In this document: one piece after another, positions 37,901-51,558 of the stretch
Layout: every line of letters starts with the position of its first letter
Position numbering within the stretch: position 1 is the first letter of the stretch
Origin: Vicugna vicugna
Lineage: Eukaryota
Length of the DNA stretch: 64,000 bases
Assembly: GCA_013265495.1 (NCBI GenBank)
Contig: MU058781.1
Location: forward strand, 9,901,009-9,965,008
Direction: 5' to 3'
Made by a program: the position numbers and the translations under genes
Notes under the pieces: generated by a model
The model's database searches: none
The model's input: the letters and a program-made list of their open reading frames with translations, nothing else
Told to the model about the DNA's origin: nothing

Positions 37901-39887
37901 TAAAACCCTACTAGATAGCACTTTAAGTAGGATTAACTTCAAGTTTCTCCATGGACATAAGACAAGGAATTCATTATAGTAGATATTTCAAACCCTTTGC
38001 CTAACAAATGAGAGTAAAATTAGAGTGGCAGTACAGACCTTAAGCTCTCGTGGATCCATGAATGGATTTGTCTATAAAGAATGGATTTACGGGAAGGCAC
38101 AATACAAGAAGGTCAATGTCTATCTTTGATGTTGGAAGGCAAGGAAAGAAAGGAAGGGAAGAAGTAGGTGTGGGAAATAGACAGTGATGCAACTGTCTTG
38201 TTCCCTGCATAACTGTGTTTACAAACAACCAAGAAAACATATAATTCTCTTACCACAGCTTGTTGATTTGAGGTTACTTTCAAAAGCCTTTTATTATTTT
38301 CTTGTCATGGGCACAGTAAAATGGGCAGTGAGACAATAAAAAATGGTCTCCTGCTATCCTGGAATTCCAGTAGATTGGGAGATTGATAGGCCTATAAATA
38401 ACAATTATATCTTCCATTGTTGCCATATTTCAAAATACAGTATATTTCTTGCAAAGAACACAAAGATGGCCAGAAACTCTTTGGGGGAAAAAAAGGAAAA
38501 ACAAAAGCAAATACTGTATGAAAATGGATCTATAATGTTTGAATGAGTGTGAGTAGATGATACTATTTTCCATTCTTGAGGTCATCCAGAAGAAGCTGAA
38601 AGCTCAGAGTGTTCAAGGCTCACTAAGTCTACCCCACCAAGGAATTTCAGTAGAACCAGATGAGCTACGGGCTCATAAAGTGACAAAGTCTTTCTCTAGA
38701 ACTCCAGAAAGCATTAGCACTGAGGGAAAGGGAAATTTGTTTAGTTTTTGGAAAAACTATGGCAAAATTTATTTATGTCAAATTAATTCTTTCTGGCAAC
38801 CCTCTGTATTTCGTGATCTAGCCCACTATAACCAGTTTTTTCCCTAAGTTTGCTATACACAGTTGACATCGACACTTCTTTCAGATTTAAACAAAATTGT
38901 CCAAATTCTGAAATCTGGTAGTGTGTCAAATTACCCTTAATTTTTCTCTGTATGATTTTTTTTCATTGCCCAGTGTTTTAGAGTAGTACCTGTCTATTCA
39001 TCTCCTTCAAAGGTTGAGCTTTGTCTCTAGTAGGTGTTTGCATATGTGTGTATATTATCTTTTTTTAGAATAAGTGAATAGGCATCCTTGATCATATATT
39101 TTTAAAAATGTTTAGTGGTTTATATACTAGATATAGCAAAGATCTTTTGTATATATGAAGACCAGGAAATTTTTTCTGATGAGAAAAAGGAGAGATTTCT
39201 GCGTGTTGAACTACTCTAAGTGATTCCAAAGCACTTATTTATTGGGGGGAAAAAAAACTTCATAGAGTTGGATGAATCCAGATGTACTTTCAGATTGTGA
39301 AACAGTTCAGGTTATTACGTAAATGTTTGGGTTGTGGTAGAAACCATAATATATTTTTCCAAAAGCCATTGCTTCTTCCATTTTAAATCTTTGTGCTCTT
39401 TGAGGGAAATTTAGTCCATGTGTTTGTGATTCATTGACACTTAACTCATCAAAATAATGTTTGCTAAGATCTTTTGGGTATCCAGCAAGCTTCTTAATCT
39501 ATGTGGATTTCTTTTATAAGTTTCTTTTTCCTCCTTAGAACCAAGAAGATACCTTTGATCAAACACTTGAGTTTTGTTTTTTTGATTTTCCCAAACTTAG
39601 AAACCTAAAAGATATGGTAGATTCAAAGCAGCAAGATACTTACTTTCTCTTATCAAACAATTACTTTCTCAAGACAGGGATTATAAGAGAAATCAACTCC
39701 GAACAAGTGAACTTTCTAGTGTTGTTAAAACAGGTTACTACAGAATGACTAAAACTTGATGTGTTGGATGGGCAGTGAGTAAAGAATGCAGTGGTGAGGC
39801 TTGTCCATTTAAAAGTAATACTTCCTTTGCTTTTAGCAGACACGTTTTAAAAAAAAATAGTCTAGTATGGTGATGTAACAGAAGTGG

Positions 39888-40173
39888 TCAGTATGGTGAC
39901 TATAGTTAATAATGCTGTGTTGTATAGTTGAAATTTGCTGAGAGAGTAGATCTGAATTGTTCTCACCAAAAGCTCCCCCCCTAAAACAAACAGACAGATA
40001 GACAACAAAGAAACAAAGTTAACTTTGTGAGGTGACTGATGTGTTAACTTACCCTTACTGTGGTAATCATTCTGCAATATATACGTATATCAAATCATCA
40101 CATCATCCACCTTAAACTTACATTATGTCATCTGTTATTTATATCTGATAAAGCTGGACAGGAAAAGAAAAAA
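39888..40173 (+). mobile_element. L1MA/MB-like 3' end
   Basis: 'atggtgactatagttaataatgctgtgttgtatagttgaaatttgctgagagagtagatct...gtggtaatcatt...tatatctgataaagctgg' plus an A-rich tail. Confidence 0.85.
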
Positions 40174-40529
40174 CAGACAAGAAGCAAATGTTTTTAAAAG
40201 GGGTTTTAATAAGGCAACATAGACATTACAGCTCTACTTAGAGTGATCAAACTTAAAAAGCACATAGAACATAGTGCTGTCCAAGAGCATCCTCTGAGGG
40301 AAAACAAGTGTTTTTAAAGTTCTTGACTCAGAGAAAAAGATACCTATGTAGCTCGTTAGTTCACAGGTAATTTCTCCTCTAACATTTTTGTGAAGTTGGA
40401 AAATTATAGATAGGCAGGTGGATTTTGCCTTTTCTGAAGAAATGAAGACTTTTGTGATAGCAAAATTCATATTTTACTGTTGTTGCTCAGAAGAAGTGAG
40501 GGGAAAGTGTTACCAAGGAAAAGTGAAGG

Positions 40530-41060
40530 GGAATATCTACCATGATATTGTAGGCAGCAGTCGGTCTGTGCAGTTCCCCTTTGGGCTGGAGAAGGAGTTT
40601 AGATTCGGTTTTAACTGTCATGGAAAACTACTTGTGGATTTTAGGCAGGGGAGTGACATGACTTGATTTATGCTTCATGGATCACTGGGCTGCTGTATGG
40701 AGAATGGATTACAGAAAGGCAACGACAGAAAGAACAAGACCAGTTAGGTGGCTCCGGGAGCAATCTAGAAGGAGATGATGGTGGTTTGGCCTATGGTGCT
40801 GGCAGCTCAGTTAGAGGAAAATGAACAGATTTGTATTATATTTTGAAGACAGAATCCGTGGGACTTGCTGACAGATTGCATAGTGGGGACACAATGAAAC
40901 CAGAGATGACTCTGGTCTGGCTTCAGCGACCTGGAATACGGTGGTATCATATATCGAGAGAGAAAGAGAGCTGGTTATAGGGGTCATTTGTTTTGGTTTT
41001 GCCAAGTTGCTATGTGGCCTCCTAAGATGACCATTAGATACTCACATATAAATGTCAATC
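40530..41060 (-). mobile_element. L2 LINE fragment
   Basis: 'ggattttaggcaggggagtgacatga', 'gatcactgggctgctgtatggagaatggatt', 'gagatgatggtggtttgg', 'ggacttgctgacagattg'. Confidence 0.85.
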
Positions 41061-42679
41061 AAAGTGTACGTAGTGATAATATGTATTAGGTATTTTCAAT
41101 AAATGTGATTGATTGGTATCAAAAAGATTCTTAGGTAAAAATATTCCTACCTGTACCATCTACATGGATTTTTCAGATTATTTTAATGAAAACCCAGGAT
41201 GTCAAAGTATTATACATGGATAATCCTATTTGAAATTTTCTTTAAGACACATCTACTTAAGGATTTTAAGGAGAGGAAAAATTAATATCATCCACCTGCT
41301 ATTCATTATTTGTGGAGTACTATTAATTATTTTATACTAAAATTAACTGGTTACTGTTTGCATATAATTCATTACAACATCTCATACTCAATCCTTTTGT
41401 TACAGTTATAGAGTTCTTTGGGTGCTACTGAAGATAAGTATCTTTTTAAAAATGCCATACACAAGATGAATTTATTAAAATGGTGTTCTTTTCTAAAAAA
41501 GTATATACATGTTAAGTATAAATGTTTTATATGGCATTTTTACATGTATAAATATGTTTATACATCTATTTACATTACATCATAGCTATTTCTGACCCCC
41601 GACCCCCCAACAATCCCTAAGTTCTGTTTGTATACTCACAGCCAGTCAGTACTTTCAAGGATTTTCTGAGTTAAGTATGTTTTGCAATAAGTTTTGTTTA
41701 TCCTGCTGTGGCCTCTCCTTCTGCCAATGATTTATGTTTTGGCAGTTTTGGTCTATTAACTTGATAAAAATAATAGTGCTGAACTTACAACAAAGAGATT
41801 AGCAGCATGGTTGTTATTATTCAAGTCTCCTAGTAACGTGAAATACCTTCAATAAATGGCCCATTATGTGGAGGGAACAATCAGTAGACAATAAGGGACT
41901 GGTAGAAGTTCAGTGACATTACAAAGTGCTTCATTCATATCACTGCAGCCTGGAAAAATTTGCCTGGTACTGTATGAACTATACCTGGGAGCATCTATGG
42001 CTGGACAAAATGCATCTTTTTAGGGAATATACTGTCATGACATCACATAGAACTGGGTCAGGTAGTGATAAGATTTCCAGAAACATGCCTAATGCAAAAT
42101 GAGGTGTTTATTTGTATGCATATCTTCTGAGCTGAATGAGTACCAAATAAACCCAGTGTCAGCAGACCTGGTAAGCATTCTTCTCATAGAATGAGTGTGG
42201 GCAAATCTTGTTAGATTTAAAACCTCCCTCGTGTTAAGTGAATTCACTCAGGACAATGTGTTGAAGCAACAGCGTTCAGCTAGGTTTTTTTTTTCCTCAT
42301 CATGATATGCAAGTTGAATGATATTTACTTTGGTAATACTTTCTGAAGTGAAATTCCCAATGTCCTAGCTGAAACTTTCTCACATTTTTCCTTAGGGAAA
42401 GTTAGGTATAGAAGGATAGAAGTGTATGATAATAAAAATATACAGGTACTCTTATCATTGCTCTATTTGTATTAAAACATGTATATCATACACTAACTTT
42501 GATTCTTTGTTATTAATAATTAATTGCATTGAACACATCTCACAGCTAATGGCTGTATTGATGAGTGGTTCTAAGATTCTAAGTATAGCAAATTCGAACA
42601 CTTTAATGATCCATGTGTGACATCTCTACCCAGAATCAAACCAACACTAAGCCTTAACATTCCACAGTCCATTTTTAGA

Positions 42680-42850
42680 ATGCAGCTTTTTTTATATTAT
42701 AACATTTGGCAACTTTCCTTTTATGTTTTTTGAGTTGTATGCCACACTTAGAAAGGCTTTCTCTTTACTAAGATTCTATTTTTAGAAATAAATGTATGTT
42801 TTCTTCTAGTACTTTTATGATTTACATTTTTATGTCAGTATTTGGAACCT
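42680..42850 (-). mobile_element. Old L1 ORF2 3' fragment
   Basis: 'cttagaaaggctttctc...tatgttttcttctagtacttttatgattt'. Confidence 0.6.
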
Positions 42851-42949
42851 CTGCTGTAATTGAGCTATGGAGAAATCCTATCACAGATAGCTCCTTTGCT
42901 TAAAATAGCTGAAAGACTTTACCACATCTTAAGTCTGGAAATAAGGGTT

Positions 42950-43045
42950 TGCAGACTTTAGAGATAATAATCAGGTTTTAGAGCAAGAATATGCTGTAAA
43001 GATGATCTAGTAAAATGTTCTCATTTTCAAGATGGGGAAATGGAA
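42950..43045 (-). mobile_element. MIR/MIR3 fragment
   Basis: 'gatgatctagtaaaatgttctcattttcaagatggggaaa'. Confidence 0.45.
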
Positions 43046-44422
43046 ATGAACATAAAGAATGCCAGCATAGTTGGCTGCATTTATTGATTGTCTTGTTTAA
43101 CTTAAGAGGATAAAATGTACTCCAGGTTTTTAAAGTTTTTTGGAGGGGAGGATTGGAAACTCAGTACAACCCAAGTGTCAGATTGCATATAGTTTACTTC
43201 TTGCCCAGATTCATAATATTGTCACTGGTTATGATAAGTCTAGGGTTAATTATAAAAATATCCCTTAATGTGAAAACAATCTGTCTTTATTTAGCACTTG
43301 TAAGAAGGTTGAGAAGAGAAGGGTAAAGAGTTGAGAACCCATCCACTGCCTACAGCAACATCACAGCATCCTAAGTGAGCAGTGTATTTCCCATCATTAT
43401 TCTGTAGTCTCACTGGATTACCGAAGTAGCAACAGGATGCTTTCAGAGGAAATTGTGATTTAGTGAGATGTAAAATACAGAGCCCAGTTTTCTATAACTC
43501 AGACATTATCTAGGTTCATCTTGTTCTCATGTATACAGAGAGGTATAACTGTCGATTGTATGATCTATCTTAGGGAAACCTATGAAAAGACTAGATCTGC
43601 TTTGGAGAATATGCTTTCTTTGCAGAGACTACAGATTATGTAGCTATCTCTCCATGGGACTCAGTATTTAAACTTACAAAGCTGCATGCAGATAATTCAT
43701 AACAGTGATTATTGTTTTAAAGAAACCATATTTCCCACTTGACACCACCCCACTCCCCTCCAAAAAACCCTGCACCTTTCTCACTCCATAGTAGCATATC
43801 AGGCTGCTAAAAAAAAGGGGGGGGCAATGGGTATAAATAGTAATCTAATTATAGTTTAGAGAGATTTACAGCTCTAATTACAACTGCTGTTAAATTTCAA
43901 AGGGACTGACATAAGCAATCAACACATCCCATACAAGAATCCATCTTGCTATTATAAAAGGTACCTGCCAGTTGTTTGTCAGTTGAATGACATGCAACAC
44001 TGCCCACATTATCTGCAGAATTAGTGATACTGACAGTGTTGCCATGTTTAATGTATGTAGACAGTATGATGCAAAGGCATAGAGCCTAGGAATTACTCAA
44101 TTAGGGACTGCCGCGTTGCCAGTATATGCATATTTCATCAAATATGTTCTCTTAAATGGCATTTAAAAAATTTAGCTCAATGAATGACATATTTAGAAGT
44201 TCTGTATGGACTTCTAAATATATACACATATACTTGCAATCTCTTTATTAAACATCTAGATGAATATATACTTATATATAATACATGTATTATATATATA
44301 TTCTGTAACAATTAGAAGGTATTTGATATGTATCAGGGTTGACATTTTATAACAATCTCATTTGAGGCTCAGAATAATCCTTCAGTATATATGCTATTGT
44401 ATCTATTCTTTTGGATAATGTC

Positions 44423-45078
44423 TGTTGTGGAATGAATATTGTAAATCTTCTGGGATGAGGCAGGCATAGGTGCTTTTTAAGGGGTTTGCTGATAACTTCT
44501 ACAGGCCAATGAAAATCGATCAAACCATATCTCAGCCCCTACCTTCATCACCCTTTCATAACTGGATACACTGACCTCCACATCTGAGGCCTTGGCCTTA
44601 CCCTGGATACCTGAACCATCTGGATAAGGCATATTTAAATTCATTTTAGACCAGTTATTTCCTGGGATGTCACATTAGTCATGCTCTGCCATCTGGGATT
44701 TGGGTGTCCCAATGCAAACCAGCCAGGAATGCAGGAATGTTCTCGAACTCAGTACTCCCCACTTCCAGGCCTGACTACTTGCTTGAGCTCCTTCTGCCCT
44801 GGAGATCCTGGCCAGGAAGAGGAGCTGTACTAACCAGTTTCAACCCAGGTGTAAGGTCCTGCTGTCCTGTATTTGGACCCAATGATGATAACTTCTCACT
44901 GACATGTCACCCACATACCACTCTCCACGGGTGTGTTACCAACATATTCTTCCTGCTCTTTAGAACCTGCAGTTTTCTGGTCTGGAAATCCAGGTCTGAC
45001 TTTAGTGAAATCAGGATTTGTGTTAGGATTAATATTCAGATGGTACGAACCAGTGTGAGCACATCAGTTGCTAAAACA
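44423..45078. mobile_element. Possible solo LTR (family unassigned)
   Basis: GC-elevated ~650-bp block starting 'tgttgtggaa' and ending 'gctaaaaca', next to a truncated MIR-like segment; no TSD found. Confidence 0.3.
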
Positions 45079-48002
45079 GTGAGATCCTTCCCAGCAGTTG
45101 GTAATGAGCTGTGTGTCCCAGACCTCCTTCATCTCCAGGCGCTCCTCATTTTCCTCAGCTCTTCTGGGCCCTCTCTTAGGACTCCCAGGCGTGCATCTTA
45201 CTCAGCAACTGAAGGGTGGTGCCCTGGCACATCAGGAGACATATGGGACCCTAGTCCAACCATAACTCGTATCCATTCTTCTTGGTTGGTGGTCGTATTT
45301 GTTGTGCTGTGTCTGTTAGTATTTTGAGTATTACTTCTGACTTTTCCCTTGCCATTTCACTTTGATTTAGACAAAATAGATAGCTCCCTTCTTCAGGTTA
45401 CAGGATGGATTTTCTGCCAGATCGTTTCTCCTTTTCACTCCTTAGGTTTTCCATGTTGCCCTGAGAAAGCCAGATGCCCTCTTACCACCTTTACTTTCCA
45501 AATGATGGATTGACATTTTCATTTTTTATGGACTTAAATTTTTTTTAATGCAGTGATGGACAACACAACTTTTTAGTCAGTATACAAAGAACAAAGATGC
45601 ATTAAACTAGCAAAATGAAAGAATTCTAAAACAGGGGTTTGGCAGTGATAATGCAGCTTAACTAGATTGTAGGTCAAGGCAGTTGGTCACGTCTCTGATT
45701 CAATGACATTTGAAAGACATAATTACAGTAAGATGGCTGCATTCATGCCAACATGAATAGTTTTTTTTCTTGAGATAACTGATCCCAGAGGATGGCAGGA
45801 ACTATTTTCTTATGTATTCTACTGGCATTTGTTTAGTCAGAACATAACAAATTATACATAGATCCTGTTTTATAAATGGTATGCAGTGCTTTAAATACAG
45901 CCCAGTATGTCATCCTGTCAGAGATTAGCAATAGCAAACTGTTTTGTTGACTGATTCATTATTCTCAGTGCCCAACTGAAAAAATTATTACCGAATTTAT
46001 GATGAAAAATTTCCCTTAAATGAATTATTTAAATAGTTTACACTGAAAAAATAATAAAGATGTTTTTATTTTTTGCATGTTAAAATTATTAATGAGCCAC
46101 TGACATGTCTTCCTTATCCCCCTGAGAATTCCCTATAGCACTAATGATGTCTTGGATTGTGACATAAGTGATGTTCGATTACAATTAATGCGAATATGTG
46201 TGACAGCATGAGTTCCTTTTTCGTTAGTACCTGGCATCTTTCAAGAAACTCTGCAACCTAACTTTAAATCATGTTTGATATTTTGTTCCTATTCATTTTC
46301 ATTTTGAAATGTCTAAATGCCCTCACTGATTAAGAACACATAGCTTTGGCAAACCCGATACTTGTACTTACTGTGTAGAAGACTAAACTCAAAAGATTAC
46401 ATCTAAAAGGCACCACTGAATCAGTGACAGAATTAAGCCCATATTATCATTGAAGATTTGACCTTTGTCTTTTGGCAGCAAATAAGTTGGTTGTCTGGTT
46501 TTGAAAAATTAAAATAATAAGTTCTTGCTCGGGTTTTGTCTAGCCAATTCCTTTAGGAATCCACAGTTGTAATTCTCTGGGTTGAAAACTTACCACGTTC
46601 GCCCTATTTATGGTTTCCTGGTCAAGATTTTTATCACTATACCTTCTGAACTCTAGGCTAATTACCATGAGTTCAAAAGTCTGAGTTTTCCTGTCTGTAT
46701 AATTTTGACCTAACTTTTTCCTTTCTTTGATCACAGAACTCTTTCCTTTCAACTCAGTCTAAGCAACACTAACTGTGGAACTCTTGTGTTACTTTCTGTT
46801 CTGAGAGGCCAGATAAGGACAAAAATTTGATCTGTCTGTGTAACAAGGCAAGGAGTTCCTTTTTATCTCATTAAGGATTAGGCAGTGATCCTCTGGTGAT
46901 TGGGTAAATCCCAATATGGATTCAGTGAGTCCCCATTTTACTGATTTGGTTTCAACTCTGAAGCCAGAGAAGAAAATCTCCAAAACAGATGACCTGGAAG
47001 GGCCTTTTTAGCTTACTTATTCTCATAGTCTTCTAGAGGAGCTCACTCTTTCCCTTCAAAGACGGAGTTGGAAGACTAGTACATTAAGAGTCTCATTAGC
47101 TCATCAGCTAAATACTACCTTCAGCCTAAATAAACATTTCACAAAATTTAAGATTTAGAAAGAGCTGTTAAACTCACACTAACAGAAAGAAAGAAAACCC
47201 CTTGTTTGGAAATCCTTTAAACTGTGAGTATAAAGGAATGAACTTCTCTCAAATGCCCTGAAGAAAGCACTAAATCTAAGTCAATAGAACTTACTGGAGA
47301 ATGCTTGGCGCTAAATAGAAAGGTCGAGCATTGGACAATAACCTAAAAAGAAGTAACTTGAGAATCCTAAATCCAGCCAAACACCCTGTGATAGAAAGCC
47401 CCAATTGAGTTCAAAAGAAAATTGAATCTGTATTAGAGACAAATTGTGTACCTTTCTTATACATTTATTAAATTTCTGGGACTTGTGTTAAGAGTCTAGA
47501 TATAGATTGTTTTGCACTTTAAAAGTATGTTTCTGACAAAGACAGAGTCCTTAATAAAAGTCCAGTGAATGAAAAATTTCACACTGGAGGCAGTCGATAT
47601 ATTCTTGGACTAAATTTACATGACTTGTCTTAAGAGAAAAAGACCTGGACAGTTGAAAAATGCTGTGTTTTCAGATGAAGTAGAAGTCAATTTTTGTCCT
47701 ATTTAGGATCTAAGTTAATTCTGGAAGTATACCTGAGATGTAAAATTGTTAAATGCTTTCAAATTGTTAATAGCTTTTGTATTTTTGAAAAATCTTTTTT
47801 CCCCTGTGGTTAGTGTGAATTGATAAAAATAGACTCATGAAAAGAAATTCATTCTAATGTCATTGCCACCACTCATACCTGATTTCATAAAAATTAAATC
47901 ACTTATCTTTTCATCCCTATCAGTGCTAGTCTTGAACAATTTTCTATATATATATATATATAAATATACATATATTCATATACCCACACACACATGCATA
48001 CA

Positions 48003-48390
48003 TCTCTTAGGTCAAGTTCCTTGGCAAAGAAAGACAGGATTTGCAATAGGCTCATGGAGGAGTGTTCTAGGAAACACCAGTTTCTGGGGAGTGCAAGAAG
48101 TGGCATTGGACAGAGAGAGGAGTTGAGCTATGATGCAAGCAATGCCGTCATAACAGAGCTCTCAGCTGATCCTTTAGGAAGCTCTGGAACTGACATCCCC
48201 TTCAGAGTTGTCCCACATTGAGGTGAGAGGTCTTGCCTTTGCCTTCTGCCTTAACTAGTCAGTGGTCATAGGCTGCCCCTGGAGAGAGTGTGTAATGGAT
48301 GAGGTGGTTCTTTGTTTGAGGGTAGTTTCCAGGGAGAGACTCAACTGTGAACCACCAGCACCAGCCACTTGGGCAGTTTCAGTTCTCAGC
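48003..48390 (-). mobile_element. ERVL LTR16-like solo LTR
   Basis: 'tcttaggtcaagttcc', 'ctcagctgatcctttaggaagctctggaactgacatccccttcagagttgtcccacattgagg'. Confidence 0.75.
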
Positions 48391-48499
48391 AGGTAACTGG
48401 CCTCCACTTCCTACCACTTGTTTTGTAAAATAATTTCATCCCACCTGAAAAGAGCTTCCCCAACCTTCTGGTTGAGTTCTTTCACTTAGTAAGCATCTA

Positions 48500-49550
48500 A
48501 GAAAGGTGAAAGATGAGTCTAATGTTTCTGGGCTGAGCTATTTGAGGTATAAATGTAACAAACGGGGTAAGACAGAAAGACTTGGGAGGATTACTGTACT
48601 GAAGGTCTTGGTGGTATCAGAAGACGTTGGAGTCGGGATATTAAAAGATGTGAGGTAGTGGTCAGAAGCAGAATTCATAACATCAAGGTTATGGGTTGTT
48701 TGGAATTTAAATGAATTATTAATGATAAGATTTTAATTAGAGGAGTGAGCATCTGCTAGAGTGTGGAGGATAAGATTTTTGGGGGGAGACCAAGTGAAGG
48801 AAGAGGCTAAGAAATTGGAAGGATTGTCTATGTGAATATGAAATCACCAAGTATGTTGACAAGAGTAGTTTTGTAGAGAATGACAACTGACCAATAATAA
48901 ATACCTACAGGGAATGAAGAGGGGTGTTGTGTTTGCAAAAAGTAGGTGTGTTGTGAGTTTCAAAGCTGGTGTTTTAGGAAGGAAGGAGATTGATAGCCAT
49001 GTGGTCCTACATAGTGAAAGGGACAGCAGGCCCGGTGAAGGATCCATGATAGAAAAATTAGCTACTTCTTGAGGGTGCTCCAGGGAAGGCTGTGTTTTGA
49101 GAATTAGATTTTAGCTAGAGGAAGAAGATGGCATTCAGAGAAGTGGCTAAGATACTAGGGGATTTTGCTGATAAAGTGTCCCATGTTTCAGAGGGGACAG
49201 TGGAAGAATTTTAAGAATTAGGAAGGAGCAGAAGATGCAGTCAGAAAAGGGATGTAAAAAAGTTCTATCACAGTCAGAGTTGGGGAATGAGGAGTGACCT
49301 GGAAGTCCTGGGCTTCTTGTATGACTGACATAAGTAAGAATTGAGGTCCTAATGGCCCCACGGCAGACAACAGTGGTGAAATGGTGGGCACTGGAGGGGA
49401 AGAAGGGCGAGAATTTGGCAGGAGCATGCAGACATCTGGAGCTCCCACTAATAAGGGGTTGTAGCCAATGGAAGGGGGCACATTGTTGATCTCTTGTAAC
49501 AGCCTTCACTTCTCTACACTGGGTTCGGAAGGAAAATGGAGGCATGAATA
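48500..49550 (-). mobile_element. L2 LINE 5' ORF2 (APE endonuclease) region
   Basis: Minus-strand fossil motifs ILGDF (48854-48840), IHIDNPSN and SDH (48666-48658), in APE endonuclease order. Confidence 0.7.
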
Positions 49551-49599
49551 ACAGTGTAGACAGAAAGCGATGAAGCTTCTGACCATTCCTCTTGGTTCC

Positions 49600-50340
49600 T
49601 ACAAAGTCTGCACGTCATTACCAGGTTAACCTTTCTAAAACTCTGATTTTATCATGTAATTTTCTTCCTAAAACCTTCATTAATATCTTATTTTCTACCC
49701 TGTATAATATTCCTAGTTCCTTCACTTGATATTTAAGACCCTCTCTAAAGTGTTTCATAACTACTGTTCATTTCTCATTCTTTGATGTTAGCAGTTACCT
49801 ATATTTATTGAGCACCTGCTTAGTGCAGACACTGGGGGTGCAAATGGTGAATATACACTACCCCATCCCTCTGGGTAGTCTTTTTGTTGTGCTGTTTTTC
49901 TCAGTAACATTACACTTGAGACCACTGTTCCTGACCTCCTCCCATCACTAGTGGAAGAAATGTTACACGTACTCAAGTTTGAGCACTTGCTAGAGGTGTT
50001 TTCCTGCCACAGCACCTCTCCCATTCCTCTGTATTTACTTATCACGTATGTATGCGTTAATGGCCAGCTCAGTTTTGGTCTCCTTTTCCAGACAATATTC
50101 CAATCACAGAAATATCTTCCTTTCTGATGATAGCATATTGTTTTCATCACCAGAACAAAGCCTAGCACTAAATATTTTCTCACTAAATATGTGATGTCAA
50201 ATGAATAGTAACTGTTAATGCATCATATAATGTATTCTAGAAAAACTGAATTAAAGTAGCCAACAGGAGTGTATCTGTTCATATATTCCTTCTTCAAAAT
50301 TCACCTGTTGAAAAAGCTATTGTGTGCCAGATATTGTGTT
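49600..50340. mobile_element. Cluster of L2 3' fragments in both orientations
   Basis: 'atatttattgagcacctgcttagtgcagacactg' (minus) and 'aaagcctagcac...aatatgtgatgtcaaatgaat' (plus). Confidence 0.6.
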
Positions 50341-50534
50341 TACTTTATGGGTTCTTTTAAGCTAAGTTGTCTTCTAGTTCTTTTGCCTGACACACATCTT
50401 TCTGAAAGTCTTTTAAAATTCATTTTCACGAAAATTGCAATTGACATATGCCTCCAAGTAACGTTATTAAGCCATATTTAACATTTACACATCAGCAGAT
50501 TTTCATTTGATGATGGACTTATTTTAAAATGTCC

Positions 50535-50978
50535 TGTATTAGTTACCCACTGCTGCTGTAACAAATTAGTACACATTTTGTGGCTTAAGACAGGACAAAT
50601 TTATTATCTGACAGTTCTGCCATCCAGGGATCTGAAGTAGGTCTTCATGGGATAAAATCAACATTTCATCAGGCCTTTCTGGAGGCTCTAAAGGAAAATC
50701 CACTTATTTGCCTTCTCCAGCTTTTAGAAGCTGCCCACTTTCCCTTGACTTACGGCCTCTTTCCATGTTTAGCCTCCCTTGTCCATGTTTAAGGAGCTTG
50801 TGATTACGCTGGGCTCACGGGCTTTATCGAGGATAATTTCCCCCTCTCAAGGTCTGTTGATTAGCAACCTTTATTCTTCTACAGTCTTAATGCCACTTTG
50901 CCATGTAACCTAATATATTTGCGGGTTTTGGAGATGAGAATATGGGTATCTTTGGGGGCAGTTATTCTGCCTACCACA
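50535..50978 (-). mobile_element. MaLR solo LTR (MLT1C/D-like)
   Basis: Termini 'tgtattagtt...gctgtaacaaatt' and 'attctgcctaccaca'; TSD-like flanks tgtcc (50530-50534) / tgccc (50979-50983). Confidence 0.9.
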
Positions 50979-51527
50979 TGCCCTTTGGAAGTAAGGCATC
51001 AGATACCATCGCCTTGGAGGTGCCCAGGCTTCTGAAGGTTTGCCGTTGGTCTGCCCCTCAGTCAACCTTGATGCCTTTGCATTTAGAAGTCAGGGTGCAG
51101 GTTTAAAAGTCACCCACCAGCCAGCACTCATTTATTATCATTGTGGATTGAATGTCATTTGGACATGAAATATTTAATATCTAGCTTTACAGGTCTTGGT
51201 TAGGGGAACCTACAGTCCTATCATTGAATTAAAGACCTTTTGTCTAGAGAGAAGAACTTAATAGAATTAAGCAGAAAGAACAGTTGAGGGAATTGTACTA
51301 AAACAAGAAAATGATAAACTTGGCAACAAGGCAGGTTGTGTTTTGGTTTACTTGCTGGAAATCATTCATTCTCTCTTAATCAAAAAATAATGGTCATTCT
51401 GTTCCGATGAATAGAGCTGGGGGTTTATTTGAAATTAGGAATACTATATTTGTACTATACTGTACACACTTCAGAAAAGGGTTTTGTGTTGGTTGGCTCT
51501 GTCATATGTCCCTAAAGAGAAAAGTTT

Positions 51528-51558
51528 AAAAAAAAAAAAAAGGAAAAAAAAAAAAAAA
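51528..51558. repeat. Poly(A) tract
   Basis: A14-GG-A15 read directly. Confidence 0.9.

Noticed and set aside
44704..45327. 207-aa plus-strand ORF
   Set aside because: GTG start, no recognisable domain, overlaps a probable LTR-like block, and no supporting splice structure.
48651..48672. TGAGGTAG let-7-like seed
   Set aside because: Only the first nucleotides match, it lies inside an L2 fossil, and no precursor hairpin is evident.
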